Below, one piece after another: positions 38,503-46,910 of a DNA stretch of 64,000 nucleotides. The position numbers and the translations under genes were made by a program. The stretch spans positions 3,788 through 67,787 of the forward strand of contig JACQUO010000023.1 in NCBI GenBank assembly GCA_016210205.1. The letters run 5' to 3'. Under the pieces are notes generated by a model. It had not been told where the DNA came from. It worked only from the letters and a program-made list of their open reading frames with translations, and did not search any database. The first letter of the stretch is position 1. Every line of letters begins with the position of its first letter. This DNA comes from Chloroflexota bacterium. Lineage in GTDB: Bacteria; Chloroflexota; Dehalococcoidia; JACQUO01.

Positions 38503-40335
38503 ATGCCACAAGACCTCAGGAATATCGCCATTATCGCCCACGTGGACCACGGCAAGACCACCCTGGTGGATGCCTTGCTCAAGCAGAGCCATGTCTTCCG
38601 CGCCAATCAACAGGTGGGGGAATTCATCATGGACAGCAATCCCCTGGAGAGAGAGCGCGGCATTACTATCCTGGCCAAGAACACCGCCATCACCTATAAG
38701 GGCGTTAAAATCAATATCATAGACACCCCGGGCCATGCTGACTTCAGCGGAGAAGTGGAGCGCGTTCTCAACATGGCCGATGGCTGTCTCCTGGTGGTGG
38801 ACGCCGTAGACGGGCCGATGCCGCAGACGCGCTATGTGTTGAAGAAGGCCCTGGCCACCGGGCTCAAGCCAGTGGTGGTCATCAACAAAGTGGATAGGCC
38901 CAGCGCCCGAGCCAAGGAAGTAGTGAGCCTGGTCCAGGACCTGTTCCTCGAGCTGGCCACAGATGCCGAACAGCTGAATTTTCCCATCCTTTATGCCTCG
39001 GCGCGCCTGGGGTATGCCGTGACCGACCTCAGCGCCGAGCCGCGGGACATGGAGCCCCTCTTCGAGGCCATCCTGCACCAAGTGCCCCCACCATCCGGCG
39101 ATGGAGCAGCACCACTTCAGCTCCTGGTCACTGCCCTGGATTACGATAACCACCTAGGCCAAATTGCCATTGGGCGCATTTCCCGCGGTTCTCTTGCCTC
39201 TGGCGAGCCCGTGGTGCGCATAAATCGGGAGGGGCAGCAATCTCCCTACAAAGTCGAGCGCCTCTATGTCTTTCAAGGCTTGGAGCGACAGGAAGTGCCG
39301 CAGGCGCCGGCCGGGGAGATAGTGGCCATAGCCGGGGTTGAGCAGGTGTCCATTGGCGACACCATCGCCTCCGCGCAATATCCCGAGGCTCTGCCCCCTA
39401 TTATTATCGATGAGCCGACCGTCAGGATTACCCTGGGGGTCAACACCTCGCCCTTTGCAGGGCGTGAGGGTCAGTCCAGCATGTCCCGGCAGCTTTACGC
39501 CCGGCTGGTGCGGGAGCTCCAGACCAACGTCAGCCTCCGCGTCCAGCAGACAGACTCCCCGGACGAGTTCCAGGTGTCTGGCCGCGGCGAGCTCCATCTG
39601 GCCATCCTTATCGAGACCATGCGGCGGGAAGGTTACGAGTTCCAGGTGTCCAAACCAGAGGCGGTGCTCAAAGAGAGGGCTGGCGTCATCCTGGAGCCCT
39701 ACGAGATGCTCATGATGGACACACGGGAGGACTTTGTCGGCCCCCTTACAGAGAATCTGGCGCCGCGCCTGGCCAAAATGACGGACATGCGGTATGACGG
39801 CCGGGGGAGCGTCCATCTGGAGTTCCAACTCCCTACCCGAGGGCTCATTGGGTTCAACAGCTACTTTTTACGCGTTACTCGCGGCAACGGGGTGATGAAC
39901 AGCCAGCTCCTGGACTATGCGCCCTTTCAGGGGGAGGTCCGCTCAACCCGTAACGGCGCCCTGGTAGCCTCTGAGACAGGAGTGGCCGTAACCTACGGCC
40001 TGAATAACGCTCAGGGCCGTGGCGACACCTTTGTGGAGCCAGGGACACCAGTCTACGAGGGGATGATTGTGGGTCTCCACGCTCGCGACGATGACTTGGT
40101 GGTCAACATCTGTAAAGAGAAAAAACAGACCAACACGCGGTCATCCACGGCGGACATAGCCATCCGTCTAACCCCTGCCGTCGTCATGAGTCTGGAGGAG
40201 TGCCTGGACTTCATCAACCCCGATGAGATGGTAGAGGTCACCCCCAAGAGCCTGCGCCTGCGCAAGAAGGTCCTCACCAGCGACGAGCGGCATCGGCTCA
40301 ACCGAGAACAAGCCCGGGCCCTGGCAGGACGGTAG
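38503..40335 (+). CDS. typA: translational GTPase TypA/BipA
   Basis: The sequence [19 protein letters not shown]...DTPGHADF and EF-G-like domains are present. The ATG at 38503 is preferred. Confidence 0.9.
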   Translation: MPQDLRNIAIIAHVDHGKTTLVDALLKQSHVFRANQQVGEFIMDSNPLERERGITILAKNTAITYKGVKINIIDTPGHADFSGEVERVLNMADGCLLVVDAVDGPMPQTRYVLKKALATGLKPVVVINKVDRPSARAKEVVSLVQDLFLELATDAEQLNFPILYASARLGYAVTDLSAEPRDMEPLFEAILHQVPPPSGDGAAPLQLLVTALDYDNHLGQIAIGRISRGSLASGEPVVRINREGQQSPYKVERLYVFQGLERQEVPQAPAGEIVAIAGVEQVSIGDTIASAQYPEALPPIIIDEPTVRITLGVNTSPFAGREGQSSMSRQLYARLVRELQTNVSLRVQQTDSPDEFQVSGRGELHLAILIETMRREGYEFQVSKPEAVLKERAGVILEPYEMLMMDTREDFVGPLTENLAPRLAKMTDMRYDGRGSVHLEFQLPTRGLIGFNSYFLRVTRGNGVMNSQLLDYAPFQGEVRSTRNGALVASETGVAVTYGLNNAQGRGDTFVEPGTPVYEGMIVGLHARDDDLVVNICKEKKQTNTRSSTADIAIRLTPAVVMSLEECLDFINPDEMVEVTPKSLRLRKKVLTSDERHRLNREQARALAGR

Positions 40336-40511
40336 AGATAGGTTAGCTTCGCTGCCGGTATGGACAAAGACAGGGCTTGCGCTTACGACGATTTTGTAGT
40401 AATATTCTAAGGAGTGTCAAGCGTCTCGTGTCCCCCAGCAAGAGCGTCAGAGTGTCCTTAGCCACGGCGACCGAACCTTAGACAACTACTTTTGAAGAAA
40501 GGAGGTCGCCA

Positions 40512-40832
40512 ATGAGCTATCAGGACAGAAATCTGACCTGCCAGGAATGTGGAAAGCAGTTTGTGTATTCGGCCGATGACCAGTCGTTCCACGCCCTTAA
40601 GGGTTACACAAACGAGCCCAAGCGATGCCCCTCTTGCCGCCAAGCTCGGCGCGAGGGAAGCGGAAGCTCCTCGCGGGGAAGTTACCCCCGCACAGAGCAG
40701 CGCGAGATGTTTCCAGCGGTATGCGCTTCATGTGGCAAAGAAACCACAGTGCCCTTCCGGCCCAAGGGTGACCGGCCGGTGTACTGCAGCGATTGCTTCA
40801 GACGCCAGCCCGCCCGCTCTGGCCGGTACTAA
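40512..40832 (+). CDS. zinc-ribbon protein with two CxxCGK...(Y/R)CxxC modules
   Basis: Two CxxCGK...CxxC modules are present. An AAGGAGGT RBS precedes the gene. Confidence 0.6.
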   Translation: MSYQDRNLTCQECGKQFVYSADDQSFHALKGYTNEPKRCPSCRQARREGSGSSSRGSYPRTEQREMFPAVCASCGKETTVPFRPKGDRPVYCSDCFRRQPARSGRY

Positions 40833-40851
40833 CCGGTACTAACGGGAACTG

Positions 40852-40885
40852 CGAGGGGGCGCCATTTCGCCCCCTCAAGGTTTTT
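40852..40885 (+). terminator. intrinsic terminator after the zinc-ribbon gene
   Basis: A GAGGGGGCG-CCATTT-CGCCCCCTC hairpin is followed by AAGGTTTTT. Confidence 0.6.
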
Positions 40886-41076
40886 CACCCGCTGAACCCC
40901 ACAAACAAGGGCCTTCGGGCGACGGTAGCTATGTCGTCTTCACCCCCGTCAAAATATGCTAGCCAGACAACACAACCGACAACAGCAACCAGTGTTTCTG
41001 CCAGCAATGTGCCTCCCCAGCTTTCCTATTTCTCCCTTTATCGCCCCTGCTACATCCGCGCTTTTCAAGTAAGGCT

Positions 41077-41104
41077 TTGCACTTTGTAAATAGAGGAGTA
41101 TAAT
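41077..41104 (+). promoter_or_regulatory. strong sigma70-like promoter (TTGCAC-16-TATAAT) in a low-GC non-coding region
   Basis: Near-consensus hexamers. It precedes a ~150-nt leader and a small ORF. Confidence 0.5.
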
Positions 41105-41266
41105 AGCTGTGTCTCGGATTGCTCCTTAACAACTACATAGAGACAGCCTGAACCACGAGGCCGCGCCCGGGAACCCAGAACCGGGGGTGGCTCTTGTGTG
41201 GGAAGGTCACCCCAAATGTCCGCAACTTTAGGGCCGGCATGAGCGGAGAGGCCAGGCCGAGAGGAG

Positions 41267-41437
41267 ATGTTCAACTTGGGAATCCCCATTTACGTGTTTA
41301 TATTCGTCGGACTGTGGCTGTTTTCAGCCACCTGCGGCGTGCTAATCCTGCGGAGCCAGGCCAAGAAGAGGAAGGCGGCCCAGCAGCAGCAAAAGAGCTC
41401 CACCCCCGGCGAGGGCCCTACTCCCTCCACCCATTAA
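41267..41437 (+). CDS. small hydrophobic peptide (56 aa: one TM helix plus a KKRK-rich tail), type I toxin-like
   Basis: MFNLGIPIYVFIFVGLWLFSATCGVLILRSQAKKRK... The RBS is poorly spaced, so this may be non-coding. It lies downstream of the strong promoter and upstream of a terminator-like hairpin at ~41608-41644. Confidence 0.25.
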   Translation: MFNLGIPIYVFIFVGLWLFSATCGVLILRSQAKKRKAAQQQQKSSTPGEGPTPSTH

Positions 41438-41738
41438 GAGCCTCCCCGTCAATCTCACCAGGAAGGACCAAGCCAACAACCCCACAACCCCACCGCAAGC
41501 CAGAAGCAACGCCCGACACCCTAACGCTCATGCCCTCCCCTGAAGCTGCAGACCACAGCGCTCCATTATGCCCCTGGCAACAGCCAGCTTAGACAAATCT
41601 TCTTCAAACACCTAAAGCTGGAAGATACTAGGGGTGTTTTTTTCTTTTCAGCTTGTCCTTGCCCTGAAGATGTCCCCACAAAAACCATAATGTGGTATAT
41701 TTCTACTCACAAGCATTGGGAGCAAGGGGACATCAGAG

Positions 41739-43130
41739 ATGAGCACAAAGACAAGGATAGAGAAGGACGCCCTGGGCGCCCGGGAGGTGCCCGCTGAGGC
41801 CTACTACGGCATCCAGACGCTCCGGGCCAGGGAGAACTTCCCCATCAGCGGCCTCCACCCTCACCCCGAGCTCATCCGCGCCTCGGCCCTGATAAAGCTG
41901 GCCGCGGCCCAGGCCAACCAGTCCCTGGGAAAGTTGGACAGCCGCATAGCCCATGCCATCACCCAGGCAGCCCGCGAGGTCAGCGCGGGCCAGTGGCGAG
42001 ACCACTTCATCGTCGACCCCTTCCAGGCAGGTGCCGGCACCTCACATAACATGAACACCAACGAGGTCCTGGCCAACCGGGCCGCGGAGCTCCTGGGGGG
42101 TCAGAAGGGGGACTACCGCATAGTCCACCCCAACGACCATGTCAACCTCTCCCAATCCAGCAACGACTTCTTCCCCACCGTCATCCGCCTGACCTGCCTC
42201 GCCCTCCTGGAGCCTTTCTTGAAATCGCTGCGGGCGCTGGAAGTTGCCCTTCAGGACAAGGCCAGGGAGTTCGACGGCATCCTCAAGACGGGCCGAACCC
42301 ATCTGGAGGACGCCGTCCCGATGCGGCTGGGCCAGGAGTTCGGAGGGTATGCGGCGGCCCTGGCCCGGGCGGCCGCCCGCCTGGAGGCCACCAAGCTTAA
42401 CCTGGGGGAGATGAACCTGGGGGCCACCGCCGCCGGCACAGGCGTGGGCAGCCCGGCGGCCTACCGCCAGGCAGTGGTGGCCCGGCTCCAGGAGCTCACC
42501 GGCTACCAGCTGCGCCCTGCCTCCAACTACTTTGAAGTGACCCAGAGCGCTGCGGCCTTCGCCGAGCTCTCCGGCGACTTAAAGCTCCTGGCCCTGGAGC
42601 TCATCCGCATCGCCAACGACCTGCGCCTCCTCTCCTCGGGCCCCAGGACCGGCCTCGGTGAGATAAACTTGCCCGCGGTTCAGCCCGGCTCCTCCATCAT
42701 GCCCGGGAAGGTGAACCCATCCATCCCCGAGGCCCTGAATATGATAGCCTTCCAGGTGGTGGGGAACGACCAGGCGGTGGCCCTGGCCACCCAGGCGGGG
42801 CAGATGGAGCTAAATGTCATGACGCCGGTCATCGCCTTCAACCTCACCTTCTCGCTGGACATCCTGAGAGCCGGCCTTGACACTTTCACCACCAGGTGCG
42901 TCAGGGGCATCACAGTGAACCCGGAGCGGTGCCGGGAGCTGGCCGAGGCCAGCCTGGGCCTGGCCACGGCCCTGAGCCCCTATCTGGGGTACGAGCGAGC
43001 CGCCGCAGTGGCCCAGGAGGCCCAGCGCCGCCGACTCACCGTCCGCGAGGTGGTCCTGGAGCAGAAGCTGCTCACCCCAGAGCAAATGGCCCAGGCCTTC
43101 GACCTGCGGCGCCTCACCGAGCCCGAATGA
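41739..43130 (+). CDS. aspA: aspartate ammonia-lyase
   Basis: The fumarate-lyase signature GSSIMPGKVNP is present. The N-terminal region RIEKDALGAREVPAEAYYGIQTLRA...QAGAGTSHNMNTNEVLAN is closer to AspA than to FumC. Confidence 0.75.
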   Translation: MSTKTRIEKDALGAREVPAEAYYGIQTLRARENFPISGLHPHPELIRASALIKLAAAQANQSLGKLDSRIAHAITQAAREVSAGQWRDHFIVDPFQAGAGTSHNMNTNEVLANRAAELLGGQKGDYRIVHPNDHVNLSQSSNDFFPTVIRLTCLALLEPFLKSLRALEVALQDKAREFDGILKTGRTHLEDAVPMRLGQEFGGYAAALARAAARLEATKLNLGEMNLGATAAGTGVGSPAAYRQAVVARLQELTGYQLRPASNYFEVTQSAAAFAELSGDLKLLALELIRIANDLRLLSSGPRTGLGEINLPAVQPGSSIMPGKVNPSIPEALNMIAFQVVGNDQAVALATQAGQMELNVMTPVIAFNLTFSLDILRAGLDTFTTRCVRGITVNPERCRELAEASLGLATALSPYLGYERAAAVAQEAQRRRLTVREVVLEQKLLTPEQMAQAFDLRRLTEPE

Positions 43131-43157
43131 GAGAGGCCTCCCTTCAGGAGACCGTCC

Positions 43158-43985
43158 ATGCCTTCTAAAATCAACTTCGCGCTCCTGGACCAGCCCCACA
43201 TCCTGGCCTCCGCTTTCTACCCCCGGCGGGAGTGGAGCGACCCACCCCCGGGAACAAGTGACTATATGATTCCCGTGGCTGGGGGTTCCCCAGATATCGC
43301 CGTCCATGCCCGCCTCTACCCCGCCGAGGCCGGCGGCAGCGCCCCCACCATCCTCTACTTTCATGGCAATGGCGAGGTGGTCAGCGACTACGACTTCGTC
43401 TCCCCTTTTTACAGCGGCCTGGGCCTCAACCTCTGCGTGGCGGACTTCCGCGGCTACGGCAAGAGCGGCGGCGGCCCCTCCTTCTCCGCCCTCAACGGGG
43501 ATGCCCATCCCATCTTCCGCTATCTGATGGCAAAGCGCCGGGAGTGGGGGCACACCGGCCTCCTCTTCGTCATGGGGCGCTCTATGGGAGCCCAGCCCGC
43601 CCTGGAGCTGGCCTCCAGCTACCCCGATGAGCTGAAGGGCCTTATCGTGGAGAGCGGCCTCTCCGACCCCTCCCGCATGGCCACCCGCCTCGCCCCTTAC
43701 ACCGACACGGCGGCCCTGGAGGAGTTCGTTCGGGCCAGCCAGGAGCGCCTCCGCTCCGTGCGGCTGCCGCTGCTGGCCATCCACGGCGACTGGGATGAAA
43801 TCATCCCCTACGATAGGGCAGTGCAGTTCTTCTCCCAGGTAGGCTCGGAGGACAAGCGCTTCGTCACCATCCACGGGGCGGGCCACAATGACTTGTTGCT
43901 GCGGGGCCTGGATGAATACCTGGGGGCCATCCGGGAATTCGTCTTTGGAGGCAGTGGGAAGCTCCCTTCAGGGCAGAGAGGTTAG
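43158..43985 (+). CDS. alpha/beta hydrolase
   Basis: A nucleophile elbow (GRSMG) with later HG and D residues. 275 aa. Confidence 0.65.
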   Translation: MPSKINFALLDQPHILASAFYPRREWSDPPPGTSDYMIPVAGGSPDIAVHARLYPAEAGGSAPTILYFHGNGEVVSDYDFVSPFYSGLGLNLCVADFRGYGKSGGGPSFSALNGDAHPIFRYLMAKRREWGHTGLLFVMGRSMGAQPALELASSYPDELKGLIVESGLSDPSRMATRLAPYTDTAALEEFVRASQERLRSVRLPLLAIHGDWDEIIPYDRAVQFFSQVGSEDKRFVTIHGAGHNDLLLRGLDEYLGAIREFVFGGSGKLPSGQRG

Positions 43986-43991
43986 CGGGCT

Positions 43992-45236
43992 TTGATTCGC
44001 CTGCTCCACCTGGCCGACCTGCACCTGGGCCTTGAGACCCACGGCCATCCCGACCCGGCCACCGGCCTCTCCACCCGCTTGGTGGACTTTCTAGCCGCCC
44101 TTGACCAGGTGGTGGAGTATGCTCTGGCCCAAGATGTCCACCTCTGCCTCTTCTGCGGCGACGCCTACAAGGGCCGCGACCCCAGCCAGACCCAGCAGCG
44201 GGAGTTCGCCCGTCGCGTCCAGCGCCTGGCCGCCGGCGGCGTGGCCGTTTTCCTGGTGGCCGGCAACCACGACCTGCCCCACGCCTTCGGGCGGGCCACC
44301 GCGGTGGAGATTTTCCAGACCCTGACCATCCCCGGGGTGACCGTGGCCAACAAGCCAGGCGTCCATCGGCTGGAGACCAGGGGCGGCGCCCTGCAAATCA
44401 TCGCCCTCCCCTGGGCCCGGCGCAGCCACTACCTCACCCGGGACGAGAGCAAGGGTCTCACCCCCCAGGAAATCGACCGGCGGATGGAGTCAGTCCTGAC
44501 CAAATGGTTCGAGGAGGAGCGAGACCGCCTGGACCCGGCCCTGCCCTCGGTGCTAGCGGCCCACCTGTGGGTGAACACCGCCAGGGCCGGCTCGGAGGGG
44601 GCCATCATGGAGGGACAGGGCCCTGTGTTTCTCCAGAGCGTCTTGGCCCGGCCACCCCTCGACTACGGGGCCTTGGGGCATATCCACCGCCAGCAGGTCT
44701 TGTCCTTAGCGCCGCCCCTGGTCTATGCAGGGAGCCTCCAGGCCCTGGACTTCAGCGATGAGGGCCAAGAGAAGGGCTTCTATGTGGTGGAGCTAGACGC
44801 CTCTCGCCCCCCTGGGCTGCGGGCGGCCTCCCTGGAGTTCCACCGGCTCGAGACCCGCCCCTTCCTGACCATCGAGGTTGACGCCACCGCCAGCCCCGAC
44901 CCCACGCAAACCGCCCTGGAAGCCATAAGCCGACACCCTGTCAGCGGGGCCATCGTCCGTCTCAAGGTGAAGGTGACTGCCCCCCAGAGGCGCTCCCTCC
45001 GGGAGGTGGAGCTCCGCCGGGCCCTGCAAGAGGCCCACCATGTGGCGGCTATGGCGGTGGAGGTGACGGGCCAAAAGCGTGGCCGCCTCCCCCTGCTCCC
45101 GGGCCTGGCCCCCACAGAGGCCCTGCGCCGCTATCTAGAGGCCAAGCGGCCTCCCCTGCAGCCCGAGGAGCTGGCACGGCTGATGGAATATGGGGAGCGC
45201 CTCATCGCCGACACCCTCACCACCCCTAATCCTTGA
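43992..45236 (+). CDS. sbcD: DNA repair exonuclease SbcD (Mre11 family)
   Basis: Calcineurin-like phosphoesterase motifs are present (LHLADLHLG, GDAYKG, GNHD). TTG start. Confidence 0.85.
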   Translation: MIRLLHLADLHLGLETHGHPDPATGLSTRLVDFLAALDQVVEYALAQDVHLCLFCGDAYKGRDPSQTQQREFARRVQRLAAGGVAVFLVAGNHDLPHAFGRATAVEIFQTLTIPGVTVANKPGVHRLETRGGALQIIALPWARRSHYLTRDESKGLTPQEIDRRMESVLTKWFEEERDRLDPALPSVLAAHLWVNTARAGSEGAIMEGQGPVFLQSVLARPPLDYGALGHIHRQQVLSLAPPLVYAGSLQALDFSDEGQEKGFYVVELDASRPPGLRAASLEFHRLETRPFLTIEVDATASPDPTQTALEAISRHPVSGAIVRLKVKVTAPQRRSLREVELRRALQEAHHVAAMAVEVTGQKRGRLPLLPGLAPTEALRRYLEAKRPPLQPEELARLMEYGERLIADTLTTPNP

Positions 45237-45237
45237 T

Positions 45238-46812
45238 ATGATAGCTCTGACCTGCTATGGGGGTGTGGGCGAAATCGGGGGCAACAAGCTGCTCCTGGAG
45301 GACGGCGAGAGCCGTCTCTTCTTCGACTTCGGCACGAGCTACGGGCAGCGCTACCGCTACTTCGAGGAGTATCTCAAGCCCCGCACCGGCGCCGGCCTCC
45401 TGGACTATCTGGAGATGGGCTTGCTGCCTCCCCTGCGCGGCCTCTATCGAGAAGACCTCATCCCCAGCGGCCAGCGCGGCCTTCCAGGCGAGGCCGCCTT
45501 TTGGCAGACTTTCTCGGCCTCGCCTGCCTACCGGGACCTCCAGGGTCAAGAAATCCACGGGGTGCTCCTCTCTCACGCCCACCTGGACCACAGCGGAGCC
45601 ATCTCCTTCCTGCGGGGCGACATCCCTGTTTACACCACCCTCACCACCGCCTTCACCGCCAAGGCCATCCAGGACACAGGCAAGTCCTCCGACCTGGACG
45701 GCGAGATATGCTACTTCAGCCGCCGCTCTCTGGAAGGGGATTACCTGTCCCCAGAGCGAGGCTCCGGCTACCAGGGACGGCCGTTCGTCATCGTCGGTGG
45801 CCAGGCGCCCAGCCCTGAGGCCGCTCTGTTCTGGAGACAGTCCCCCTCCACCAAGGCGCTGCACCTCGACCGCGCCCAGCTTCCCGCGAATCAGATAGGT
45901 CGCCTGCCCCTGCGGGCCTTCCCCCTGGACCATTCCGTCCTGGGGGCGGCGGGCTACGCCGTGGAGACCAGCCAGGGGTGGGTGGCCTACAGCGGCGACC
46001 TCCGTCTCCACGGGGCCCGGGGCCAGCGCTCGCGGGACTTCGCCGCCGGCCTAGCGGCGCTGCGGCCCCTGGCCTTCCTCTGCGAGGGCACGCGGGCCGG
46101 GGAAGGCCCCGGCGTCACCGAGGAGGAGGCCTTCCGCAGCTGCCTGGCCGCGGCCAGGGAAGCCAAAGGCATGGTAGTGGCCGACTTCGGCGCCCGCAAT
46201 GTAGAGCGCCTCTTCTCCTTTGCGGCCATCGCGGCGGAGACCAAGCGCCGGCTGGTCATCACCCCCCGGGATGCCTATCTGCTGGAGGCCCTCTACCTCG
46301 CGGAGCCGGAGCTGCCCGGCTTGTGGGGGGATGTCCTCATCTACCAGGAGCGCCGCGGCAAGCGGGACAAGTGGGAGAAAGGGCTTTGGGAGCGTCACGC
46401 GGGACGGGCCATCAGGGCGGAGGACATGAGGGGTGACCTGGGCCGCTTCATCCTCTGCTTCTCCTTCTGGGATGTGAACGAGCTCATCGACCTGGCCCCC
46501 CGCGGCGGCGCCTACATCTACTCCTCCACCGAGGCCCACAACGAGGAGCAAGCGCTGGACCTGAGGCGGCTGGAGAACTGGGTGGGGCACTTCGGCCTGG
46601 CGCTCCGGGGCCATCCGGAGCGGGAGCGGGGCTTCCACGCCTCCGGCCATGCCAGCGGCGAGGAGCTTCTGGCCCTTATACGACAGGTGCGGCCCCACTA
46701 CCTGGTGCCTATCCACACCGAGCATCCCGAATACTTCGCCGCCGGGCTTGCGGGCACGGGGATAGAGGTGTCGCCGCCGGAGTATGGACGGCGGCTGGCG
46801 TTTGGGGGATAA
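45238..46812 (+). CDS. metallo-beta-lactamase fold beta-CASP nuclease, RNase J-like
   Basis: An RNase J-like N-terminus (YGGVGEIGGNKLLLE), an HxHxDH motif (HAHLDHSGA), beta-CASP motif B (FPLDHS) and a C-terminal HASGHA...PIHTEH are present. The start is 1 nt after the sbcD stop. Confidence 0.75.
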   Translation: MIALTCYGGVGEIGGNKLLLEDGESRLFFDFGTSYGQRYRYFEEYLKPRTGAGLLDYLEMGLLPPLRGLYREDLIPSGQRGLPGEAAFWQTFSASPAYRDLQGQEIHGVLLSHAHLDHSGAISFLRGDIPVYTTLTTAFTAKAIQDTGKSSDLDGEICYFSRRSLEGDYLSPERGSGYQGRPFVIVGGQAPSPEAALFWRQSPSTKALHLDRAQLPANQIGRLPLRAFPLDHSVLGAAGYAVETSQGWVAYSGDLRLHGARGQRSRDFAAGLAALRPLAFLCEGTRAGEGPGVTEEEAFRSCLAAAREAKGMVVADFGARNVERLFSFAAIAAETKRRLVITPRDAYLLEALYLAEPELPGLWGDVLIYQERRGKRDKWEKGLWERHAGRAIRAEDMRGDLGRFILCFSFWDVNELIDLAPRGGAYIYSSTEAHNEEQALDLRRLENWVGHFGLALRGHPERERGFHASGHASGEELLALIRQVRPHYLVPIHTEHPEYFAAGLAGTGIEVSPPEYGRRLAFGG

Positions 46813-46910
46813 TGGGCGAAAGTCTGGGAGGAAGCGAGGTCATCTTATGAGCTTGCCCAAGCAACGGCTTTTGCCCACAAGCTAACCTCTAGCCTGCATA
46901 GGTCCGCTCT

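Noticed and set aside
38229-38606. 125-aa minus-strand ORF
   Set aside because: It overlaps the tmRNA gene and the typA 5' region and is not coding.
38467-39828. 228-aa and 224-aa minus-strand ORFs
   Set aside because: They are antisense to typA.
41194-41592. 132-aa plus-strand ORF in the low-GC non-coding region
   Set aside because: It has no RBS, a Pro/Arg-rich translation and a frame different from the small hydrophobic peptide. It is more likely non-coding.
42810-43886. 358-aa minus-strand ORF
   Set aside because: It is antisense to aspA and the alpha/beta hydrolase.
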